From Planctomycetota bacterium (lineage in GTDB: Bacteria; Planctomycetota; SZUA-567; H5-PLA8): 38,848 bases of DNA. Numbering within the stretch: position 1 is the first letter of the stretch; every line of letters starts with the position of its first letter. This document shows, in pieces, positions 18,796 through 27,333 of this stretch. The notes beneath the pieces are model-generated. The model saw nothing but the letters and a program-made list of their open reading frames with translations. It was not told where the DNA came from and made no database searches. The position numbers and the translations under genes are program-made. The stretch is taken from contig JBBRPR010000076.1 in assembly GCA_038227875.1 (NCBI GenBank), forward strand, positions 1 to 38,848, in the 5' to 3' direction.

Positions 18796-19758
18796 CTGGC
18801 TAATATCGTCGTAGTGGGAAGTTTGAATATGGATTTGGTGGCCATCTCGCCCCGGATTCCGGTCGTCGGCGAAACAATTATCGGCGACAAATATTTCACC
18901 GAGCCCGGCGGCAAAGGCGCCAATCAAGCCTACGCGGCTGGGTTGCTTGGCGGCTCGGTCAGTATGCTCGGCCGAGTGGGCGAGGATGAATTCGGTCGCG
19001 AGATGAAAGAAAACCTCAAGAAGGCGAAATGTGACACTACCGGAATTCGCGAAGTGAAGGGCGTAAGCGGTGTGGCCCTGATCTTCGTGGCGGCTGACGG
19101 TGCGAACTCCATCATCGTGGTTCCGGGGGTAAACAATGATTTCACGCCAGAGCATATTGAGGAGGACGCAGCGTTCCTCAAGGGTTCGCAGATCGTTTTG
19201 CTGCAGCTCGAAAACCCCACGCCCACCGTTCTGGCGGCGGCGAAAGCGGCACGGGCCGCAGGAGCACGGGTGATTCTGGATCCCGCGCCGGCACCGGAAA
19301 AACCACTGCCAGCGGAGTTGATCCGCGCGGTGGACATCATGACGCCGAACGAGACGGAAGCCGCCATTCTGGCGGGTTTGCCACCGGGAACACTGGAGCC
19401 GTCCCAAGCAGTGCAGATCGGCCGCAAGCTGCAAGGGATGGGGGCCACGACGGTGATTGTGAAACTGGGCAGCCAGGGCTGCGTACTGGTGAATAAGGAT
19501 AAAGGTCAAGCGACCTTGCTGGCAGCGCCAAAGGTAACGGCGGCGGACACCACCGCCGCGGGCGATGTGTTCGGCGCGGCCCTCGGCGTGGCATTGAGTG
19601 AAGGCCTGGACCTTCCAGCGGCGTGCCGATTTGCAAACTATGCCGCGTCGCTTTCGGTGACCCGCATCGGCGCACAGATCTCCGTACCGACGCGCAAAGA
19701 AGTAGAAGACTTTGCCAAGAGCAGCAGTGTTGGGAATCCGGTCGATCTGGCGGGATAA
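18796..19758 (+). CDS. rbsK: Ribokinase (PfkB family), probable CTG start
   Basis: (L)ANIVVVGSLNMDLV, PGGKGANQA, LLQLE, TPNETEA and DTTAAGDVF; GGGAG SD at 18784-88, 7 nt before CTG 18796. Confidence 0.95.
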   Translation: MANIVVVGSLNMDLVAISPRIPVVGETIIGDKYFTEPGGKGANQAYAAGLLGGSVSMLGRVGEDEFGREMKENLKKAKCDTTGIREVKGVSGVALIFVAADGANSIIVVPGVNNDFTPEHIEEDAAFLKGSQIVLLQLENPTPTVLAAAKAARAAGARVILDPAPAPEKPLPAELIRAVDIMTPNETEAAILAGLPPGTLEPSQAVQIGRKLQGMGATTVIVKLGSQGCVLVNKDKGQATLLAAPKVTAADTTAAGDVFGAALGVALSEGLDLPAACRFANYAASLSVTRIGAQISVPTRKEVEDFAKSSSVGNPVDLAG

Positions 19759-19796
19759 GTCAGCGGTAGGGTTCAGGTTCGCGAAATGGGGAAACG

Positions 19797-20864
19797 ATGA
19801 ACAGATGGAAGATCACTGGTAGGTTTGCGGCGCTTATCACGTTAGCACTGGCTGTCGTTACGTCGAATACCTCAGCGGCCGGGAAGAAAGTAATCATCGA
19901 TACCGATCCTGGCACCGACGACGCCTTGGCAATCATGCTGGCGCTGAACTCGCCGGAGTTGGATGTTCGGGCCTTCACCGTGGTACCCGGCAACGTCACC
20001 GCGAGGCAAGGACTCGACAACGCATTGAAGATGATCTCGTTGGCCAACCGCTGCGACATTCCGGTTGCCGCCGGAGCCCAGCATCCAATTTTCCAGAAAT
20101 CGGTTACCGCCGAGTATTGGCACGGCAAGAATGGGCTGGCAAACATCGAGCTGCCGGCCAGCAAGTGCAAGGTGGATCCGCGGTTCGGGCCGGATCTGAT
20201 CATCGAGATGGTGAAGGCCAATCCGCACGAGATCACTCTGCTGCCGATCGGGCCCCTGACCAACATCGCGCTGGCGGTATTGAAGGATCCGTCAATCGTC
20301 CCGCTGGTAAAAGAAGTGATTATCATGGGTGGTTCGATTTCGGGAGGCAACTCCACGGGCGCCGCGGAAGCGAACATTTTTGGCGATCCAGAAGCGGCGC
20401 AAATCGTGTTTCAGGCTGGTTGGCCGCTGACGATGGCTGGTCTTGAGGTGGGAGACAAGACGCTATTTTCAAAGGCGTATCTCGAACGGCTTGGGCAGAC
20501 GCACGGGCCGGTGAACGACTTTATCTACAAAGTGGCGAAGTTCCTGGTGGATCAGAGCGCGCAGTTCGGGGTGGACGGAAGTCCGATGTACGACCCGACG
20601 GCGATTGGCACAGCGATAGATGCCACCATCATGACGACGGTGTCGATGCACGTGGACGTGGAGACCCGCGGAGAGTTCACCCGGGGAGAGACGGTGGCGA
20701 ACCGGCACAACATGAATGAGCGGAATGTGCTGCACCACGACGCAGACGGAGACCGTTACGTGATCGAGGGGTTGGACAAGCTCAATCCGAACGTAAGGGT
20801 GTGCACGGACATCGATTCTAAGAAGTTTCTGGAGCTATTTCTTACGCGGATTGCCGGGAAGTAG
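19797..20864 (+). CDS. Nucleoside hydrolase NH4 (canonical DxDxxxDD type), Sec signal peptide
   Basis: IIDTDPGTDD, VPGN, WHGKNGL, IGPLTNIALA, GNSTGAAEANIFGDPEAA and MYDP. Confidence 0.95.
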   Translation: MNRWKITGRFAALITLALAVVTSNTSAAGKKVIIDTDPGTDDALAIMLALNSPELDVRAFTVVPGNVTARQGLDNALKMISLANRCDIPVAAGAQHPIFQKSVTAEYWHGKNGLANIELPASKCKVDPRFGPDLIIEMVKANPHEITLLPIGPLTNIALAVLKDPSIVPLVKEVIIMGGSISGGNSTGAAEANIFGDPEAAQIVFQAGWPLTMAGLEVGDKTLFSKAYLERLGQTHGPVNDFIYKVAKFLVDQSAQFGVDGSPMYDPTAIGTAIDATIMTTVSMHVDVETRGEFTRGETVANRHNMNERNVLHHDADGDRYVIEGLDKLNPNVRVCTDIDSKKFLELFLTRIAGK

Positions 20865-20957
20865 CGCGATAGGGAGCGGAGATCAAAAGCAAAAAGGAAA
20901 TGACTGATATTGATTTCGCGGTTCCGGGGGCCCGCAGATGCCGAGAAGCGTTTGTAC

Positions 20958-21016
20958 TTGACAACGGAAATACGGCTGCTAGACTCGGCCAGCAAAGCGG
21001 TTTGCTAAGCACTTAG
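20958..21016 (+). promoter_or_regulatory. Sigma70 promoter with two tandem LacI-type operators (copy 2)
   Basis: TTGACA 20958-63, 16 bp, TAGACT 20980-85; AGCAAAGCGGTTTGCT (20991-21006) and CTAAGCACTTAG (21005-16). Confidence 0.88.
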
Positions 21017-21099
21017 ATTGGGCTTTTTGATGGGTTTTACAGTCTCTCCGAAATCATCCAGAGAGGCCACGACACGCCAGGGGAGCACGGGCCATTTAC

Positions 21100-22203
21100 T
21101 TGTTGGGACGACATCCGATTCGCACGCTGGGACGCATCGTTATCACCTTCGCTACGTTGGCGGTTGCTACGGCGGGGGTAAATGCACAGCGTGAAAAAAT
21201 CATCGTGGACCAGGACGCGCGCGGCCCCGCCTCCACGGACATGAATGCAATTTTAATGCTTGCGCAATCCCCAAAGGTGGATGTCCTAGGTATTACGTTG
21301 GTCGCCGGCGACCAGTGGGTGAAGGAAGAAGCCGCGCACACGTTGCGAGCTCTGGAACTGGCCAAACGAACTGACATCCCGGTGATGCTCGGCGCATCAA
21401 CGCCGCTTATCAATACTCGCGAAGAGTCGGAAGCGTGGGAAAAACAGTACGGCGAGTTTGGGTTCAAAGGCGCATGGACGCCAAAGTGGTATCACGCGCA
21501 GGATGTCGTCCCCGATTTAAAGGAAGGGGCACCGACGAGCAAAATCTCCGCCGAAAACGCAGTCGAATTTATTATCAAGACGGTGCACAAATATCCGGGT
21601 GAGGTGACACTGTGGGCCGGTGGACCGCTTACGAATATCGCCCTCGCAATTCGAATGGACCCGGAAGTAGTTTCGCTCTCTAAACAGCTTGTGCTGATGG
21701 GCAGCGGCTTCAATGTTGGATCCGGTGGGATTCACGAAGTCAACGGCCGGCGGGAGTTCAATTGGTGGTTTGACCCGGAGGCGGTTCGCATCGTGATGAG
21801 CGCGCCGTGGAAGAACATCACTATTACGCCGGTGGACATCTCGGTGAAGACGAAACTTTCGAAGGAATTGCAGGCCAGGATCGGCGCCGTGCACACGCCG
21901 CTGACCGATTATTTGGAGAAATATTCCGATACCGGCTATCCGATGTGGGACGAGATTTCTGCCGCGGCATTCCTCGATCCCAGCTTTATCACCAAGGAAG
22001 AGAAGCTTTACGTGAATATTGATATCGATCACGGGCCCAGTTACGGGCAGACGATTTTTGTGGGTATGGACACCAAGGTACCCGGGTGGTGGAAGCTGGC
22101 GACGGTGCAATTCGATTTGGATTCGCAGAAGTTCTATGACATGTATGTTCAATTGATGACCGCGCCACCGGGCAGTGGAAAAGTAAAAGACGGAACCAAC
22201 TGA
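21100..22203 (+). CDS. Nucleoside hydrolase NH5 (close paralogue of NH2), Sec signal peptide
   Basis: IVDQDARGPASTD, RREFNWWFDPEA and MWDEI; long stretches identical to NH2. Exact start uncertain. Confidence 0.93.
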   Translation: MLGRHPIRTLGRIVITFATLAVATAGVNAQREKIIVDQDARGPASTDMNAILMLAQSPKVDVLGITLVAGDQWVKEEAAHTLRALELAKRTDIPVMLGASTPLINTREESEAWEKQYGEFGFKGAWTPKWYHAQDVVPDLKEGAPTSKISAENAVEFIIKTVHKYPGEVTLWAGGPLTNIALAIRMDPEVVSLSKQLVLMGSGFNVGSGGIHEVNGRREFNWWFDPEAVRIVMSAPWKNITITPVDISVKTKLSKELQARIGAVHTPLTDYLEKYSDTGYPMWDEISAAAFLDPSFITKEEKLYVNIDIDHGPSYGQTIFVGMDTKVPGWWKLATVQFDLDSQKFYDMYVQLMTAPPGSGKVKDGTN

Positions 22204-22318
22204 CCCATTCTGTATGATAAAAAAACAAGCAAGCCAGTTCCTTCCGAATTCAGTCATCAAGTTGAGGTCAGATCAAGTGTGCACGGCCGTCTTATCCGAC
22301 GGCGGGGTGAGGGGTAAA

Positions 22319-25300
22319 ATGAAAAAGCAGGCGATCGCAGTAGGAGTGGTGTTGTTGCTGATGTTGTGCATGTCGCCCAGGACCTACGGGCAGGCGACGG
22401 GTAGCCTCTCGGGTACTGTGACCGATAAGAGTGGCGGAGCCCTAGTGGGCGCCCTCGTGCGTGCAACGTCTCAGGCCACCGGCGCGGTGCGCGAAGCCAC
22501 CGCGGACGATTCGGGACACTTTACGATTCCTTTGTTGCCGGTCAGTGTGTACACGTTACACGTCGAATTGACGGGTTTCCAGACGGCGGAAACCCACGAT
22601 CTCAAGTTGCAAGTGGACGAGTCGCGAGAGATCAATTTCTCACTGGCGCCCGCCACCGTGTCCACCTCGGTCGAAGTATCATCGTCGGCAGTGACGATCG
22701 AGACGTCCAGTCCTTCCCTCGGCCAAGTCATCACTTCTCAGCAAGTGGCACAGCTGCCGTTGAATGGGCGCGACTTCGTGCAGTTGGCGACGCTCACGCC
22801 CGGCACCACTCAAGAGACCAGCACCGGCAGTTTCTTTAACGGCGGTCCCAGCTCGGAAGTTTCCGCTCGTGGTTCGTTTTCGCTATCGGTTGGCGGGTCG
22901 CGCGTCAACAGCACCGACTGGCTGCTGGACGGTACGGATAACAATGAGTTGACCGCGGGTGGCATTGGTATTTTGTCCTCGATCGATTCGATTCAGGAAT
23001 TCAAGGTGTTGACCTACAACTACTCGGCCGAGTACGGCACGCGCGCCGGACCGACCGTCTTGGTGACCACCAAGTCTGGTACGAATTCACTGCACGGCAC
23101 TTTGTTTGAATTCCTTCGCAATACGTCGCTGGACGCGAAGAGTTTTTTTGCGACAGAAACGGAAAAGTTCAACCTGAATCAGTTCGGCGGTTCGATTGGC
23201 GGACCGATTCGTAAGAACAAATTATTTTTCTTCGTCGATGGCGAGCAGAAGTCCCAGCGGCGCGGCACTCCATTCACCGGAGTGGTTCCCACCGACGCAA
23301 TGCGCGCGGGCGATTTTACACTGGATGCCTTCGGCCGGCCGGCTAGCCCCCTTACCAATCCGAACGTAACCGGTGCTGCGGATACCCGATTTCAATGCGA
23401 TGGTACAGGGAACGCTCTACCCGTAGCGTCTAACGGAAGCCAAGCGGCTGGAACACCCTGTAACAAAATCCCGGCTGGTCTATTCAATCCGATCGCACAA
23501 CAGCTTTTGGCGTTTTATCCCGAACCAAACGCGAACAACCCCGACTCGTTTTATAATTACGTGAGTGCCCCGGTTCGTAAGCTGGACGAGACCAAGTTCG
23601 ACGTCCGGTTGGATTACAACCTGAGCGACAAAGACCGCATGTTCGCGCGCGTCAGCTACGACCAGGCTGTTTCCTACGTTCCTGGTGGCGCAGATGGCTT
23701 TGCCGAGCAGAACGCCTTCGCCAGCAACCAAGGTCTTGAAAATCACGCCCGCAACGCCACGATCGGCGAAACTCATATCTTCACGCCGACCACGGTCAAT
23801 GACTTCAACTTTGGCTACAACCGAATTTTTAACTACATTACCTCGCAAGGTACCGGGAGCTGCGAATCGGCTGCGCTCGGTATACCCGGCGCGAACCTCA
23901 ACTGCACGGGTGGGGCGGGCAGTTGCATTCCCGGCGGCGTGAGCTGCGGCCTCGTATCGACTCAGCTAAACGGTGGCTACTTCTCCATCGGTGACCGCGG
24001 CTTCTCGCCGTTCACCGGTGGCACGGACATCTTCTCGTTTAACAACGCGCTAACGCTAATTCGCGGCAAACACGATTTGAAAATTGGTTTCGGGCTGCGC
24101 GCGAATCAGATGAACGTGCTGACAGAAGGATTTCAGGATGGCTATTGGATCATGAGCGGTGCCTGGACCGGAGATCCGGCTGCGGATCTCCTGCTAGGCT
24201 TGACTAGCCTGGCCATTCACGACCAGTCCTTCGGCGGCACGACGACCGGGCGGCGTTGGAAGAACTTCCGGCCATACGCACAAGACGACTGGCGTATCAC
24301 CAAGAACCTGACCCTGAACCTCGGTTTGGCGTGGGCTCTGGTAACGCCGATTTCTGAAGTCAACAACCGTCAGGCCAACCTGGATCCCGTCACACAACAA
24401 GTGGCCGTTTCGGGAGTGAATGCCGGCAAGTGGACCGGTATCGACTTTGACAAGACGGCGTTCGAGCCACGAATTGGTTTGGCTTGGAAAGCATTCGGCA
24501 GCGAAAAAACTGCGGTGCGCGCCGGATATGCGATCTTCCACGACTCCGCGTGGAACCAAGGCGCCCAAGGCTTGTGGCAGAACCCCCCGTATTACGCCGA
24601 GTCGGATCAATTTGCTTTCGGCGGTGGTTGCACCTTTGCGACCGCAGCGTGCGCGACCGTCTATGGTCAAACGCCGGGGGCGATCAGCATCTCTGACGGG
24701 TTTCCGCTGTTCCCGACGCCGCCGGATCCATCTACCTTTACCGGGACGTTCCTGTCTCAGAATACCGACTTCCATCTCGGCGAAACCCAGCAATTCAACG
24801 TCAACGTCGAGCACCAGTTGCCGGGTGGCGTCTTGCTGACCGTTGGCTATATCGGCGCACGTACTAAGCACATCCTCGTCTACGGAAATAACCGCAACGT
24901 CGGCAGTCCTTCCGCTTGCGGTGTCGTTTCCGGCTACGAGCTGGGTTGCGGACCGGGTGGCAGTGCATTCGCTCCACCCTTCACGGCCTACCCCTTCAGC
25001 ACCGTGGCGGCGATTGCCGATACGGGCAAGGCGCACTACAACGGCCTGGAAGTGAAAGCAGAGACCAAAAGCTCCCGCTACGGTATCTATGCGTTGATTG
25101 GATATACGTATTCGCGAGCGTACGACAACGGCTTTTCCGACGGTGTGGGTACATCGACAGGGGCGGCTTATTTCCCGTTGCCCGGATGGGACAAAGCCGA
25201 CTGGGCCCTCTCGCAAATCAACTTGAACAACAACTTTACCGCCAGCTTGATCTATGATCTGCCGCTTGGCCGCGGGAAGCACTTCGGCAACAATTGGAAT

Positions 25301-25798
25301 GGAGCGAAGAACGCGATCCTGGGCAACTGGCAGGTGACCGTGATCCAGAAGATCACCTCGGGTTTTCCGATCTTTGTCTACGATTCCAACAACACCTCCG
25401 GAGCTGCCCTAAACATCGGCGGCAGCAGCTTTATCCGTCCGGATCTCGTCGGCAATCCCGCCAAGGGCGGTGGTGGAGCGGACTGCGGTGCCGGGACGCT
25501 GCAGCATTGGTTCAACCCGTGCGCCTTCGCGCAGCCAGCGGACGGCCAACTCGGCAATGCCTCCCGTACACCGGTCAACGGCCCGGATTTCGTCAACACT
25601 GATTTTTCGGTGATCAAAAACTTCGCGCTTCCTTGGGAAGGAAAGGGGCTGGAATTCCGCGGGGAAATCTTCAACTTGTTTAACCACGCGCAATTCGCAC
25701 TTCCCGCCTCCGACTTTAACGCTGGTAACTTCGGCGCGATTTCCTCGACGGTGAACAACCCCCGATTGGTCCAGTTTGGGCTGAAGTTCAACTTCTAA
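22319..25798 (+). CDS. TonB-dependent receptor (Oar-like, carboxypeptidase-regulatory N-domain)
   Basis: Signal peptide then GSLSGTVTDKSGG, LPLNGRDFVQLATLTPG, DSIQEFKV, YAQDDWRITKNLTLNLGL, and C-terminal PRLVQFGLKFNF; ATG 22319 after GAGGGG. Confidence 0.95.
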   Translation: MKKQAIAVGVVLLLMLCMSPRTYGQATGSLSGTVTDKSGGALVGALVRATSQATGAVREATADDSGHFTIPLLPVSVYTLHVELTGFQTAETHDLKLQVDESREINFSLAPATVSTSVEVSSSAVTIETSSPSLGQVITSQQVAQLPLNGRDFVQLATLTPGTTQETSTGSFFNGGPSSEVSARGSFSLSVGGSRVNSTDWLLDGTDNNELTAGGIGILSSIDSIQEFKVLTYNYSAEYGTRAGPTVLVTTKSGTNSLHGTLFEFLRNTSLDAKSFFATETEKFNLNQFGGSIGGPIRKNKLFFFVDGEQKSQRRGTPFTGVVPTDAMRAGDFTLDAFGRPASPLTNPNVTGAADTRFQCDGTGNALPVASNGSQAAGTPCNKIPAGLFNPIAQQLLAFYPEPNANNPDSFYNYVSAPVRKLDETKFDVRLDYNLSDKDRMFARVSYDQAVSYVPGGADGFAEQNAFASNQGLENHARNATIGETHIFTPTTVNDFNFGYNRIFNYITSQGTGSCESAALGIPGANLNCTGGAGSCIPGGVSCGLVSTQLNGGYFSIGDRGFSPFTGGTDIFSFNNALTLIRGKHDLKIGFGLRANQMNVLTEGFQDGYWIMSGAWTGDPAADLLLGLTSLAIHDQSFGGTTTGRRWKNFRPYAQDDWRITKNLTLNLGLAWALVTPISEVNNRQANLDPVTQQVAVSGVNAGKWTGIDFDKTAFEPRIGLAWKAFGSEKTAVRAGYAIFHDSAWNQGAQGLWQNPPYYAESDQFAFGGGCTFATAACATVYGQTPGAISISDGFPLFPTPPDPSTFTGTFLSQNTDFHLGETQQFNVNVEHQLPGGVLLTVGYIGARTKHILVYGNNRNVGSPSACGVVSGYELGCGPGGSAFAPPFTAYPFSTVAAIADTGKAHYNGLEVKAETKSSRYGIYALIGYTYSRAYDNGFSDGVGTSTGAAYFPLPGWDKADWALSQINLNNNFTASLIYDLPLGRGKHFGNNWNGAKNAILGNWQVTVIQKITSGFPIFVYDSNNTSGAALNIGGSSFIRPDLVGNPAKGGGGADCGAGTLQHWFNPCAFAQPADGQLGNASRTPVNGPDFVNTDFSVIKNFALPWEGKGLEFRGEIFNLFNHAQFALPASDFNAGNFGAISSTVNNPRLVQFGLKFNF

Positions 25799-25817
25799 GC
25801 AGCAAAGGTTCTGGTGG

Positions 25818-25858
25818 GCGGGGCCGACTCGTCGAGTACCGACGGGCCCGCTTTTTTT
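25818..25858 (+). terminator. Rho-independent terminator after the TonB receptor
   Basis: GC-rich imperfect hairpin (gcgggg...cgtcg-agtac-cgacg...cccgc) followed by T7. Confidence 0.8.
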
Positions 25859-25904
25859 CATCTTCGGAGCAGCTGGGTGAGCGAGTTCTGTCGTTGGCTA
25901 ATGC

Positions 25905-27275
25905 CTACTGCTGGTCATGCAGCGTGTAGACGAATTGAGGAATCTTGTTCCGTTCGTCCTGGGTTTGCTGCGATTTCTGCTTAGAAATCTGCGAATACAG
26001 TTGAATCTCTTCTTTTGCTTTTTGCGGCTCTCCGGTGCGCCGGTATGCTTCCGCAAGCCGGAAATGCGCTTCGTCAGGTAGCGACGTGTTGGTAATTGCG
26101 TTTTTGTATTCTGGAATGGCTTTGGCGAAGTCGCGGTGTACGGTGTAGAAGATGCCCAGCTGCAAATACGCGCCTCCGAACTTCGGATCGAGATCAATAG
26201 CCTTCTGAAGAAAAGATTCGATAGACGACGATGCAAGCGCCGCAAGATCATCGTCCTTGCTCAGAGCTACAGCATAGTTGTATTGCGCAACTGCATTCGC
26301 AGGATTTGCGTTCGCAAAGCGCGCCAGCCGCTGGGTCCAACCCGGGGGCTCCGATTTGATGCTGGTCTGCAACCGTCCGAGAAATAAATACGGTTCCTCG
26401 TTTGCGGGCTGGATGTCACAGGCTGCTGCGAAAAGTTTGGCAGCCTCAGCATCACTGCCGAGTGTGTAAAGTGCAGCGGCATGTCCCAGCGCGAGGCGCG
26501 TGGACGCCGGGTATTTCTCCGCTGCGGTTGCGAAGGTTTGGGCCGCCGGTTGGGTGGCTCCATGCAGAAGAAGCTCGGCCCCCAAAGCGAACAGGTTCGC
26601 CTCCGTCGGTGCCATAGCGGCGGCTTTTTGGTACTCCTCCACTGCGTCGAGAGGTCGGCCTCCATGTTCGGCGATATCGCCGAGCATCGCATGGATGTCG
26701 GCGGTATCTGGCCGCCTGTGAAGTTCAGCAACGCGCTGTCTTTCGGCTGCTATGTCCGAGCTGTTGAGCGACGCCGTCGCTCTGGCCAGCGATTCCTTCG
26801 TTCGAACCCCCGTGTCCGAACCATGTCCCCCGAGGTTGGTCGGATTGGTGATGCCGGAAACGGTGTAGTTCGGAGCATCGGCGAACTCGCCGACGCTAGA
26901 AGCGGTCTTCTTATCGGAAGAAGACACTTTTTCCAAAAGGAACTGCATGGACAGTGTCTGACCAGCCACGAGCGAAATCTCACGGCTGCTGTCCCGCCAA
27001 CCGTGCAGCGAAGCAGTGACAGAGTACGCTCCGGCCGGAAGTTGCATTCGAAACTTGCCGTCTGTACCCGACTTGGTCGCTAGCTTTGTGTGCTCGGCTA
27101 CCGAGGTTGCGGTGATGTCCGCCGCTGCTAGCGCTCGGTGCTGCACGTCGCAAGCACTACCTTCTATTACCGCGCCGCTCGTCGATTGCGCGGACGCAAT
27201 TGGTGCTCCTGAAAACGGCAAAAGAAGAGATACGGTGATAAATCCGATGACGCGCGCGAGTGAAAGGGAATTCAT
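25905..27275 (-). CDS. Exported carboxypeptidase-regulatory-like domain plus TPR protein
   Basis: Signal peptide ending ASA-Q; SGTDGKFRMQLPAGAYSVTASLHGW; several TPRs (e.g. AHFRLAEAYRRTGEPQKA); start moved to ATG 27275. Confidence 0.85.
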   Translation of the reverse strand: MNSLSLARVIGFITVSLLLPFSGAPIASAQSTSGAVIEGSACDVQHRALAAADITATSVAEHTKLATKSGTDGKFRMQLPAGAYSVTASLHGWRDSSREISLVAGQTLSMQFLLEKVSSSDKKTASSVGEFADAPNYTVSGITNPTNLGGHGSDTGVRTKESLARATASLNSSDIAAERQRVAELHRRPDTADIHAMLGDIAEHGGRPLDAVEEYQKAAAMAPTEANLFALGAELLLHGATQPAAQTFATAAEKYPASTRLALGHAAALYTLGSDAEAAKLFAAACDIQPANEEPYLFLGRLQTSIKSEPPGWTQRLARFANANPANAVAQYNYAVALSKDDDLAALASSSIESFLQKAIDLDPKFGGAYLQLGIFYTVHRDFAKAIPEYKNAITNTSLPDEAHFRLAEAYRRTGEPQKAKEEIQLYSQISKQKSQQTQDERNKIPQFVYTLHDQQ

Positions 27276-27333
27276 GTCGATGGTTTTAGTGTAAAGCGGC
27301 TCGCGTATCCAGAACTCGCCCCGGAATCGTAGA

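Noticed and set aside
24194..25282. 362-aa minus-strand ORF
   Set aside because: Antisense to the TonB receptor; codon-bias shadow.
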